Below, one piece after another: positions 30,154-42,230 of a stretch of 64,000 nt of DNA. Position 1 is the first letter of the stretch. Each line of letters starts with the position of its first letter. The position numbers and the translations under genes are program-made. This stretch comes from Raillietiella orientalis. Taxonomy: Eukaryota. Where the stretch lies: contig JAYWIR010000002.1 of NCBI GenBank assembly GCA_036172245.1, positions 4,526,001 to 4,590,000 of the forward strand, given 5' to 3'. The notes under the pieces are model-generated. The model saw only the letters and a program-made list of their open reading frames with translations. It ran no database searches and was not told where the DNA came from.

Positions 30154-33100
30154 TTAGCAAACACGATGCACATTCACAACCATTCCAAACAAAAATTTTG
30201 TGCAAGTCACCTTTTTACAACATTCCTGTACCTAATTTCAACATTGACACGTCACTTTCTGAGCATGATTGCCAGGCTCTTTAGAACACGCTCATTGTCT
30301 TGGGAAGATGGATTGTATTGATGTTCTTTAGAATTTAGTTTCTAATGAATTGAATTTGATTCTGAATTCTCGAATAAGTAGAATTTTTAAATATTGATTT
30401 TTTCATGATTGTAATTACTTCATAGCTGATTTTGGAGATATGCTCAATGACTTTAGGTACTGTTTATCAGTGCTTAGAATAGTGAATAAATATATGGTAC
30501 AAAGAACCAGTTCTTTATACTTTTAGTGGTTATTTTAGACATTACTCTTTTTGGATTAAATAATTTTTTTAGAGATCCTTGGAACAAATGAGTAGACTGA
30601 AAAACTATAACTCCAAAAACTCTCTTCTAAACATCTAAACTGTGATGGTACAAGAATTGACGATTCTGATGGTGATACCTCAAGAAATATTACCGTTAGT
30701 GTATTTGTATGAGGTAATCTAATTATGATTGAGAAGACTGACTGCTGACCAACAGGTATGTATTGACCTAGTATTGACCTTCTAGTATTGACCAACAGGG
30801 ACAAATTGCAGGAGTGAAGATTTTCGCAGAAATTCCTATCTTTGAAAAACTTACATTTTCGATAAAAAAAAAAGTGATGAAAAAATCAAAGTGTTATGGA
30901 TGTTTTATTTCTTTTCATTGGACATTTTCTAGTTCAATTGATGTTATTGTGCCGATGTATCATTCAGTCAGTTGCCAACAAATTTTCGAAAATGCACCCG
31001 GATAGTGACAGGAAAATCTCTTTCTAGTACTGATTCCAAAACAAAAGACCTTTCCATTAGAAGCTATAAGAACTTCTGTTTCTTTTGCGAACCTTGTAAT
31101 TTTAGGTGCTGATAGTTATGTTCATGGAAGATACTCAAGAGAGCTTTTCAAGTTTTGGTTGACATTGGAGAAAACATTAGAGGGTCCAGTATTTCTAATT
31201 TGCTTTGATCCTATTACATGACGTCATATTTTATGGAAAACAAAAACAAAAAAAAATGATTTTCCAAACAAAGTTTTCTTGCAAAGCAAAAGGAGCACCT
31301 TTTTTTTTTTTTTTTTTTTGCTAATGTAGCTTCTTTGATATCTTTCTCTTTAACTAACATATCTCGAAAGAATACTATTAATGCGTGCAAACGTTGCTGT
31401 GCACATTTGTGCTAGTTCATGCTTCTATGGATATGATACTTGGTTTGAGTTAGAAATGTCTCTCTTTATGATGAGGAATGTTTTTTGAAGTTACTTAAAA
31501 AAAGCTGAATCTCAAACCCAAATTTCAACGCAGATAATGACCGTTATTCTGATTATAAACCATCAACATCACATAATGCAAGTCCCGGAACTTTATTGAA
31601 GGTCACTTATCTTCCAATGTCCATGCAAATTTCTGTGCAAATGGGTCAAATTCATCCTCTTAGTGTCAACAAACAAACAAAGACTGCTTCTTCAAATGCT
31701 CTCTACACTTTCACTGAGAGAGAAAAAAATCCTAGAGGTAACTTCATATCTTTGGTGGTGCGTTTCATGATATCCAGAGATGTTCTGGAGAGACCAACGA
31801 AGCACGAAACTTTCCAAAAACGCAGCATCATTCATCTGGCAATCCGACTGATCTTCAAAATGCTGCTACTGTGTGGAATGATTCACGAGGGAAGAAACCT
31901 AAAAACACTCCATGCATTTGAATTCACGCCTGTAAATGTGGAAAATACTATCAAAATATGCGATGCATCATGGACGTCTGCTTGTATGTTTCGTGAAGAA
32001 AGCTTTCTTATGTGTGAGCTTTCGTGGAGATCCGTTGTTAATTTGGGACTGTCTATCATTTTTTTTTGGAAAATGGGGTCGTTTCTGGTTTAGCGTATTT
32101 ATCCTGCTCTCGTCTACCTTCGAGCAAAGAAAATGTCCTGGGAATCAAGAACATTGGGGTAAATCACAAGATTTGATTTCCTCCATCACGAACCCCCATG
32201 GTGGAGACATAATCTTTGAGCGATTTTCTTCAAATATTACCCTTGAATATTCCACGATTTAATTGGAAGACTTTTTCAATTGTAAAAAAAAAAAAAAAAA
32301 TATCTTTTCCTAGGAGGACTTTCGGATTCCCTTAGGTGCAGGCAGCATCTACTGCTAGTCTCGTTTCCTTTTTGCAAGATAATGTTTATTTTAGCAATGA
32401 AACGGTAAATTTCACAAGGGAAAAAGGACATCCAGGCTCTTTATCAATAAATGTGCCTAACATGCTTTCCTTTTCTGCTCATTTCATTTGAATAGCTATG
32501 CTTTCAATGCTTTTGTCATTATTGTTTTGTGAAGGAAAACTCGGGGAAATATTCAATATTTCATCCAAGAAATGAAGTACCTAATATGACCTGACCCTTC
32601 TTGTTTGCATGGGATCTGTTGTGGATCTTCGGTCGATTTACAGTATTCTGTGTAACGAATGTATAGTGTTCCTAAAAGAAAAAAAAAAAAAAAAAAAACG
32701 AAGATGCCCGAGATCGTCCTGCTTAAACCCAGTTATCTTCACTTTTTATGCATCGATGGCACCGTACCATTCAATCGACTCGAGTGCTCAAGAACGAGGA
32801 CCTCTGCATCAGGGAATCAAGAGGAAATAAATACCGAATAAATTTCAATGAACAAACTGCTGCTTTAGTCTCTTGGAGATCAACTTGCCGTCTTCCAGAG
32901 ACAGCACAGTTTCTCCTAAAACTCTGTTTTCAGATGCTCCGCATCAGAGGATCTGTATCGAGAATCTTTGTTATTAATTAAACTCAGTTCTCACTGAAGG
33001 AAGGATGACGCTGTTAGCTCATTGAGGTGGCATTTCTCGAGACACTACAGAATGGCACCCTCCTGGTAACGCCAGTTTATCCTAAATATTCAAAGTGTCA

Positions 33101-35659
33101 TCAAGTGTTTTTCTTCTATGAAATAGGTCACTTCACACTTTCACGTTTACTACACTCGAGTAAAAATGCCCCGACACAGTGCTGCCAGCATGTTGTCCTC
33201 AAGGAAGTGCCGGGATGAAACTATATATTCGCAGAATCGGAACGAACCTTAGGTGACCTCCGAACTGGGAAGAGTTTGGACTCTGCACGATGAAAGCAAA
33301 ACAAGGGAAATGCTTAGTTTTTGCAAAAAGCAACGTCCTTAGAGCTCACACTTCCATTGCTTGAAAGACTGCTTCCGTTTTGGACATTTGAAATAATCGA
33401 TGTGTTTTTAAAGTGAAATTTGTTCATGGAAAGAACCGAGAATCATTCTAGACGAGAATGGATGCCTGACTGAAATGATGAAAAGCAGAGCAGCTGTTCA
33501 GAAGCAATGAATAAAGGAAGAACACGGATCTAGTCCTAAGGCATGCATTCCTTTCCGTGGAAACGGTTTCTGGGGTGACTGGAAAGAGTGACGACAAGTG
33601 ATTTCCACACCGGGTTCGTTTTCTTTAGGGTAATGGTATTGCCATTCCCCAAGTAGAGAAGTGCTTCTTTCACTAAAAGGCGTGATTTCAGGATTCTTCA
33701 AATCACTTCCACAACGAAGAACACGCACTGCGTCCGATGATTTCCACTTTCCATGACCAATTGGATCCTTCATTGGCTGGTCACTCTGCTTTTCATCACA
33801 CAGTGATCGCGCACGCTTCACGCAGTCCATCCCTAAAATAGCAGAAGGAAACCTTCGATAATTTGAATAAATTGGAAAGATTTGGCGAAGTGTCTGCCGT
33901 TTCTCTCTTGGAGTCGCGGCAAAGCAATACTTGCAGATATTCTCGAAGCAGCCAGAGATGAAGCAGAATAATGGATCTTCTTTTCTAGAGAAGAAAATAT
34001 TTTCTCAGAAACCATTCCCCAACTTCTTTCCTGAAACTATGTTTCCCGGAAGGAATCCAACGAAGGACCTGCTTGAAGGTTTGTGGAGCTGAGACAGCGG
34101 ATGGTGGCCACTTGTATCCGGTACTCAAGCGCCATATATGCAACCCACGCAAAGAAGAAAACCGACAACCAGCTCGATCCTCTAGATAATGACCTCCCTC
34201 CGGAGGAATCTGAGCAAATCAACGAAGCCCCGTTAAGGACGGGGAGGAAATAACAACTGCGGAGGACTCTCCAGAGCCCCTTGCATACAAGCTATGTAAC
34301 CACACAAAACGAACGATAAAATTTCGAATAAAGGGACTCTTGTCTAAATCGCTTCTATTGACACGACCAGCAATTCAAATAAATGAGGGAACTCAACTTC
34401 ATAGAAATTCTGGCATGAAAAGCGAAGGAGTTGCTTTTGTGATCTCGAACGTGGATCCGCAGTCTCCGTTTCTTGTGCTTTGTGGAAAGTGCAAGCAGTA
34501 AGCATGTTGGAACACACTTCCTCTTCCAAGTCAAGAGCAGCATTTGTTCCAGCAAATGGAACTTTTGACCGCCATTTGCATTTGTATCCATTTCTATCTT
34601 TCGCTGTGCCCACTTTCTTTGTCCGTCATTGCGTAAATTTTTACCCTTTCGACCTCATTTTCAACGAGCTTTATTATAACTCTTACGTTGCTGTGTATGT
34701 GTAATGGGAGGAGGACGATCTGTAACAACACGTCCTCCGCGGTGGTTCCATTTCGTTGTTGCGTTGTTTAGGTGCAGCGAATTCGAAATTACGTATGTGA
34801 GTTCCAGTTTCCATGATGACCCAGCACTAGAGGCAACAACCCGACCGAAAGCTTGAGCAATTCAATTTGCCTCGTTGCAGTTGATTCAGGCATTCTCCAT
34901 GGAAGTGTCCGTTTGGACTCTTCACCCAGCATTCCCGAGAGATCCACGGACTGTTGTTGGTGGGAAAGTCCTGTTTACCATATTCCAAATCATTGACGAG
35001 TTATTTATGCTGCTTGGAATGGCGTTCGACTCACTGTGTCTCAAAGTGCCAGTCCTGAAAGACAGCTCGCTTCCATACCATGTGTCGGGTCGACAAAACG
35101 GGTTGAAGACCGAATGTTGTTTATCGCTCTTATGCCCTTAAGCACGATGGCAACGTCGCTAAAGGTTGTTGAGTAAACATGCTGAGGAGTGGCGAATTGT
35201 CATCATAACGACGGAGGGAGATATCGTTTCATAGCAAATACCAATTCCACGAGTTGCACAGATGGGTGGAAACTGATGCGAAAGTGATATTCTCGGTACG
35301 CTAGACAGCCACGAAGCTGTCTGACGTTTGGTGTGGACCAAAAGCGATCAGGAAGGAACGAGACGCTCTTGCAAGGAGCAGGTACCACTCACTGTGAAAA
35401 TGCAATGGATGGCCGGATATTGCGTGCGAGCACGCACAGGAACGGGAAATCAGAAATCAAGGAACACCGTCAGATAAAAGTAGCACGCGTTGCATCCCCT
35501 GGTTCGGTACCCTGCAACAAAAATCCATGCACTACGGCCAGCTGAAGTGGGACGGGTATCGGATTACCCCCCGTGTAAAGCTAAACCCAGTGCAGAAAAG
35601 TGAGCGTCTTCTGGCCCGTTGGAGGTTTCCAGTGCTGCATCCGGATGTTGCTGGAAATA

Positions 35660-36012
35660 CAGTGGTACGTCGGTACTCGAACTCGTCAAACTCGGTACTC
35701 GTCGCATGTTGACGAGAAAAAGAAAGTTTCGACACTCTGCGCATGCTCGGAACTCGACACCTGATGAAATCAGTAAACGCTTTCGTCCCATGGTGGCTCG
35801 CGAGCAGTGCCACCGAACACTTCCATAGGGTGCCTCCCGGATCGTTCCTTTTTTTTTGTGTGCCTTCCTTGCATTTTAAGCGTTAATCACGGGTCCTAAA
35901 ATGGTTAAAAATATACCACGAAGCCTAGAAAGCCACTCGTTCGGTACTCGTCAATATCGGCACTCGTCACGCGTTCCGGAACGAATTACCGACGAGTACC
36001 GAGGTATAACTG
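35660..36012. mobile_element. Probable MITE with CAGT-initial terminal inverted repeats (hAT-like)
   Basis: Left CAGTGGTACGTCGGTACTCG vs right (reverse complement) CAGTTATACCTCGGTACTCG, 17/20 identical. Subterminal TCGGTACTCGTC copies at 35692, 35941 and, inverted, 35991-36002. No clean TSD. Confidence 0.55.
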
Positions 36013-36159
36013 CCAAATAGTTGTTAAAATTGAAACCATAGCGCTCTCCGGAAATATAAAAGAATCTCGGAAGCTCTTTTTAGATTTATTGTGCTCAGGG
36101 GTTATTATGATTTACCAAAGAGTTCCATTTGGTCATTACTGAAAGGTAATCCTTCTTAG

Positions 36160-37400
36160 TGCTTAATAGTGTTCCTCATGGTTACCCTCGTCACAAGTAG
36201 GGTTACTTAAGTTTTGCTCCATTCTTTTTTTCCAGAGTGAGCTCCTGTTGCTTTTCAGCATCCAGTCCTTGACGAATTTAGGATTCTCCGTGATGGCTTC
36301 AATCCGTGCTGGAAAGGGCGTCCGATAGGGAACCCGTGGAGTCGGAGGGTTTCCACTGTAGGCTTCACCAGGGTGCAACAAAGTGAGCAGCAATGAATTA
36401 GTCAAAAACGCCTAGAGGTTTGTAGGGAGGGCGCTGTCGAACCGAGAGCGACTGAACGCTGGGCAAAATGTGTGATATCCAGCTTGAACCTTGGTGGTCG
36501 CAGTGGCCTCCCAGTCTGAACCTGAAGGAAGGGGAGCTATTTCGGTAAATGGTGCAAAGGGCGACCACTACATTCGGGTACGAGTTCCCGGAAATATCCT
36601 ATCATTGCCTGAAAGGCGTTCGACCAGAGTAGAAAAATGCGAAATGCCATTCTGTCGCAGGATGCTGTGAGACTGCACGCTAGTTTGCAGCCATCAGAAG
36701 CCAACGGAGAACTGGAGCTGATCTCCCCAGTCCTGGACATTCGATCTTCCCATCTGCTTGGAGAAGGCCAAGCTTTTGACGGGGAAAGTTCAAGACGCTG
36801 ACGAGATCGTTAAGGATTTGATGGCGGTTCTTGGAATTTTACGAATGCAGAACGAGAGCTGCCAGGTGGCGGAACTTCGAGAAGAGGGCATCCGGACCGT
36901 TCCTACGTGGCATTTCAGTTCGTTCCGTTCCTCTCCGTTTCTCAAGGAAGAGGGAGAGCGAAAGAAGGGTGCACTGGCTTGCTCTCGTTCCTTCCCAACG
37001 GATCGAATTGATCGATCAGTTGGATAAACTGACGTCTCCTTGTGACCTATTCCTCTTCTGTAAGAACTGAGTCTTTCAAGCCCGCAAACCCGACGCCACC
37101 AGTTCCCATAGGTGGATCAGTTTCTGCCAGCTTCATGTTTGACGCAAGTGCCTCTCGGACACGCTTCTCACAGGGATTCCGTCGTGACCACCGTCCTAAA
37201 TCATAGCCGTCGCATTGACGCCAGCGCTGGCAGCTATCCAGACCGGACCCGGCCACCATCTTCGCCGCGCGCAACTTTCACGAAACTTTCTTCGGTCTTG
37301 CGGGCGTGCATCACGCTGGGACGCGCCTTGATCCTCGAAAGAGTCGTTTCAAGACATCTCGTTCAGGTCCAGTTCGAACACATCTCTCTCTCACACGATT
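36160..37400 (-). mobile_element. Decayed L1/Tx1-like LINE, RT and post-RT fragment
   Basis: Minus-strand remnants KMVAGSGLD (like KAPGxDG), SSPLASDGCKLACSL (like F...GVRQGC) and SLQTSRRFLTNSLLLTLLH (like LSLxGRxxLVNSLLLS). Confidence 0.4.
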
Positions 37401-38749
37401 TGGCGAAAAAAAAAGTTTACGCTTCCGACTGTAGGCTGCTTAGTAGCCATGCATTCTGAGAATGAGAGCTAATGATGCAAATTAACATCATGCTAAGGAG
37501 CGAGTTCCTATTCCCTAACACAGCGATATCCGCACCTCCTTCCCCCCTTCCCCACCCCTTCCCCATCTACTCTAAAAGAACTTTCAGAATATTGGGAATT
37601 CACCGACTTCGTCCCTGTTTTTTTTTTTTTACAAAGATGAAATCCAAGAAACCACAAACAAACAGACCCTCCAAAGAACCCTGTCTTAGGATTCGTGGTT
37701 TCTCTCGACCCATCCTACCCACGACGCGGAATCGTGGGGTAGGTCACCGAGCACCCTTCCTTCACACCTTCTATCACAACCGATCATCTTCTATCAACCC
37801 CAGTGCTTCCCTTCACCCCGAGACCTCCTTCCTAAGCCCTGTGCTCGACCAACTCCACTTTCCATTCACATGCGTTGGGATCGACCTCGTTGTCTTTCTC
37901 GAGGAACATTCCAAGGGTCAGGCAGGATGCCTCGCTGCTGCTTGAATCACCGAGTTGGCCGGAAATGAATCCAGAAAGGGCTCCGGAGGGGGAGGGAGGC
38001 CGTTCCTCTCACTCCTGGGGAGGGATCCCCGAAGGAGCACCCCTACCCTGGTTGTCTCCGAAGAAAACCGCTCCTCGTTTCCTCCTCTGAAGAGAACCCC
38101 TAAGGGACGCTAACGAAATTTATCAGCAGGGTAGCTCCCAAAGGGAGCAGCAAGCTTCTTTGCACTCTGGAGGGGTACCACGCCAGCTCCATGGTACGAG
38201 GAGGTCCGCCCCTTCTCGAAGGAAGAAGGGCGGATGCCGCTCCTTTGCACAACAGGAGTTAAACCCCCATTCCTTGATTCTGTTTCATGGAAGGACCCGA
38301 CGAGTAGACTCCCAATCCCGGCCACTCATCGGGGGCATCCGGTTTTAACCGCTGCCAGTGCCCCGTTCTCGAATGAATGGAGGCCAACCAGCGTCATCTC
38401 GCGGGAGGAACTCGAACCAACGAAGCACCCCCGTCCTTCGGCGTCCATTCATTCCGAGTATTCGAACCGGCGACGCTTGGTGGCGCCCACGAGCGAATAC
38501 CGAAACTACATGTTCTCCGACGCGGGCATAGTTCGCTGTTAGGTCACTGGATCACGAAATCGTCATCCCTTTCTCGGGGTTTATCGCCCCTGAAAAAGAT
38601 TCCACGACTGGGAACCACGGATTCTTTTCTCGTCGGGGGCCGTCCGGAGGGTCGACTTCCAATCTCGGCCACTCATCGGGTCATTCATTCCTCCTCGCAA
38701 CCGCAGCTTGGTGTCTCCTTGGATATTTCGGAGCACTCATTTTAGCCGC

Positions 38750-40720
38750 AGTGTCCTTCATATCCTTAAAGTTTCACGCCCTTGCTGCCCTTCCCAGCTC
38801 GTGCCCCCCCGGCACACCTGCCATGCCGGGCTGTAGCGACGATTTTCTGCTCTTGTCATCCACGTCAGCCCCGGCAGCATCGCTCGAAGAATTCCTCGAG
38901 CTGATCCGCTGGGAAGCAGGCATGCGCAGAAACAGGGCGGAGTCGACGACCGTGCTTCCCGTTGTGCAGGGCAACCGGACCGGATCCTTTTGGGGATCGC
39001 CACGGTCAGGTGCTTGAATTGGCCTGGGAGTCCCGTTTGGGGACTTCTGCACAGCACAAGTCTGGTCCGGCCGTCTCCAGAAAGCAGAGATGGCTCTTGG
39101 CCCCATTCCTGGAGGGCAAATTTTACTTGCTGGAACGGATTGTCCTGTGGTACACGTTCGTGGCTCCCTTCCTCCGACCCCTGCTTTTTGTTTGACCCTC
39201 TCCTGGAGATGTGACAAAGAGGACCGAAGACCTTCTGCGGGAAGCCTTCTGGGGGGGGGGGGGAAACCAGAGGTTCTGGGTCCGCTTGAAGGACTAGCGT
39301 GCTCGCTCCGCATCGAGAGCTGGAGAGGATGAAGCGTCAGCTCCAGTGTAGACGATTAACCCTAATGGCGAAGTTCTGGACCACCCATTAGTGTGTCCCA
39401 GCCAGACTCCTGGTCAAGTGAGCAGCCGACGCCAAGGGACTCGGTGCGTTCCTCGTGCATGATCAGCGAAAGTTGCCCCGATGTGGGTACCAGCTCCGGC
39501 AAGTGGTCGCCTCGGTCCAGGAGAGCAGGTGGATTTCCTGTCGACCCGCCAACTGTGGCGCCTGGAAACAAGAAACGGTTCAGGCATAGGCGGAAAGAAA
39601 TGTCACGAGGCCCGAAGCCATCGCGATGCCTGCGGTTCTCAAACTGCGCTCGCTCCTCGTTGCAGGAAATCGTGGGCTGCCCAAGGGAGACCACCTGGAC
39701 ACGGAAACCTTGCCGCCACTCTCCACGCAATCCAACAAAGTGGACGTGGCGATGGCATTGCGAGATGGGAAGCATCTTGCGAGATCGCGGGAAAAAGGAA
39801 GCAGCTGGGATGCTGGATGATGAGTCAACTGGCTGACGCATGTACCCCCTCCCCCCTCCCCAAAGGGATTCGTCGCTGGATGGAACTCCTGGACATTCCC
39901 CCTGGAGAAGCAGAAATTCTCCCAGCGTTTGTGGGCAGCTCCACGCTCTCCCTGAAGTGACAGGGCTCGGCACTGAAGTTGTTGCTCTGGGCGATCCCAT
40001 GCAACGCGCGAGTCCACACAACAGGGAGACAAGAGGGAGTGCAACCCCAGACTGTGACAGGTGCGGGGAATGGGAAACCTTCCCGCACCAGTTTCTGGAT
40101 TGTGCGATTGCCCTGCTGAGTGTCCGGGAACGCTTTACTGCGGCCCTGCCACTCCCGATGGGCAACGGCGGAGAGGTCTTGCGGCGCCTCTTCAGGTGCG
40201 ACTCGATGTCGCCTGTAGCTTCCCCCCTTGCATCTCCGTGCTGTCTTCGTGGGATTACGGCGGCGAGAAATTGCGCCAAAAAGGAGCTAGTCGAACAGTG
40301 AGGTCATCGCAATCGTCCGCTCGTCCGTGAGCAAGTCGGCAAGATGGCCACATCTCTGCCAACGAAAGGAGGAAGCGGTCCACATCCTCCAGAGGGTGCT
40401 GAGGACACCCGGAAGAAATCTGCGGTCCCTTCCCCTCTCCCCCCTTCAAACATTTTCAAACTGAACTTTTGTGCTTTTTTTTGTTTTTGTTTACCCCTTT
40501 CCCCACTCCTCCTGTGCGGACTTCATCGAGGGAGCTGCGCACGAGAAGCAGCACCTCCGAGGAGTTTCCTTTCGCAGTGGTGCTGTGAAGCCACTACGAA
40601 GAAAGACATTTTCGTATTTTATGTAGCTCTTTTTTTTCTTTAGCAAATATTTTGTTACAATAAACGCGCTGGCGTGACGGGTGAAAACAAAGTTTCACGC
40701 TGACCCTGTTAAGAATAAGG
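38750..40720 (+). mobile_element. Decayed L1/Tx1-like LINE, 3' half (element A)
   Basis: GCSDDFLLL...EFLELIRWEAGMRRNRAES (degenerate YADD...SG.xN..KS), then FYLLERIVLWYTFV, IRRWMELL, and zinc knuckle CDRCGEWETFPHQFLDC. Followed by a T-rich 3' UTR and AATAAA at 40659. Confidence 0.7.
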
Positions 40721-42115
40721 AGCGAAGAAGGTTACGGAAAGTAACGTGTCTTTCGGGCAAGAACCGGCAGTTCCCGGTTGCGCTCCAACAGCAGCCTGTA
40801 GCTCTCTTCCACACGCATGTACATGAGTCACAATAGGTCACAATAGCTGTAACGAGAGGAACGTCTTCCCTATTCTGCCGGAAGTGCGCTCGGACAGGCC
40901 CCTTTCGCCGGCCACACAAATGCTTCGAATGCCCTACTTCCTTTTCTCCGTGAACTGTTAGCTGCCAACAAGGACAACGGAATTCATTGCTGCCGAGGAC
41001 GAAAGAGCCTTTCCGAAGGAAACGTCGAGGAGTTCGCGTGCCGATGTCCACGAGAGACATTTTTTCCGCAAGCAAGCAGCAGCAGTCAATCAACAGTGAA
41101 CAAGGGAGGAGAAGGGAGCTGGGGGAGTGCTCGTTTCCCTGATCAGCTCTGATTGCGTGCTTCCTGTCGGTTTGGATGCTTCTTCTCCCGGATTTATTCA
41201 GAGTCAGTAAACGTAAACGCCTCCTCTTCTCAGATTCTAAAAATATCTCTCCATGAACACACAAGCAATCAGAGAACGATCATGATCTCTCAGGGACCCC
41301 TACCTGCTGCCTACTTTCTGATTTGATACGAAAACGGAGGAAATGTATGTCATGAAATTGAGGAAAATCAGAGACGTCCTCCTTCTCCCGTCTTCGCGCC
41401 CAGCCTGTAGAGACGGACTCGTTCATCCGACGAGAAGCAAAAAATGATCAGCGATAAGAATCAAGGCGCAGGTTTGGCCATGTTCTTCCACGCCGTCCGC
41501 GAACATGATTTGCATGCTGACTTTCCAGAGCACCGAGAAGAAAAGTCGGAGCATCATCAGCGTGTTTTCATGGTTCTTCCGAAGGATCTCGTGCGGAAAG
41601 ACGAATCAGGCCGTAAATTCGACCTGGCAGGCAACAGTGTGGAGGCTCCTGAAAAAAGAAAAAAAAAAATCCACAGGATCCAGGAGGCATGTGACTACAG
41701 GAAGTCAGGAAGGAAAATGTCCTGCAGGAAACTGAGGCAGTTCGGCAGGCTGATCCCCAGGGATTTGTTTTGTATTTGAAACTCGAAATGGCTTTTATTT
41801 ATGGTTTACGAAAATAAGGGCCGTGAGCTCTATGGAAAAGTAGCCAGAGTCTTGCTTATGGTACTTACCTTAATCTAGAAAAGAAGAGCTCACCGAATAC
41901 AAGGGATTTTAGTGCATCAACGAGAGAGCTCCCCATCCCAAGATTCCCATCAGCAAGGAAGGACCGCTCCACCTTATTATGGAATAAGTGCTAAAAGGCA
42001 GAGTGAATTCCTGCTGTTCTATAATCCCAGAAAGACACAGTCAAAGGTTTGATGGATGATTCTTCCAGCTTTCCAATGGCGAATTTGTTCATCAGAGATA
42101 AACCTAACTTCAATA

Positions 42116-42230
42116 CCAACAACAACGAGAACAACAATAGCAGCGAAACAAAAATAACAACAAAAACAGCAATAGCAATAAGAACAACAGCAATAGGAAA
42201 AACAACAACAACAGCAAAAACAATACTAAA
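42116..42230. repeat. Imperfect (AAC/AAT/AGC)n microsatellite
   Basis: caacaacaacgagaacaacaatagcagc...aacaacaacaacagc. Confidence 0.75.

Noticed and set aside
30740-30800. Three tandem GTATTGACC units
   Set aside because: Short local slippage duplication with no spacer structure; not CRISPR-like.
33050-35300. Faint minus-strand RT-like words (YPKENEP, FEYLG, YGSE)
   Set aside because: Too degenerate to delimit or classify; probably old LINE debris.
39362-40279. 305-aa minus-strand ORF
   Set aside because: Antisense shadow of the plus-strand LINE relic A.
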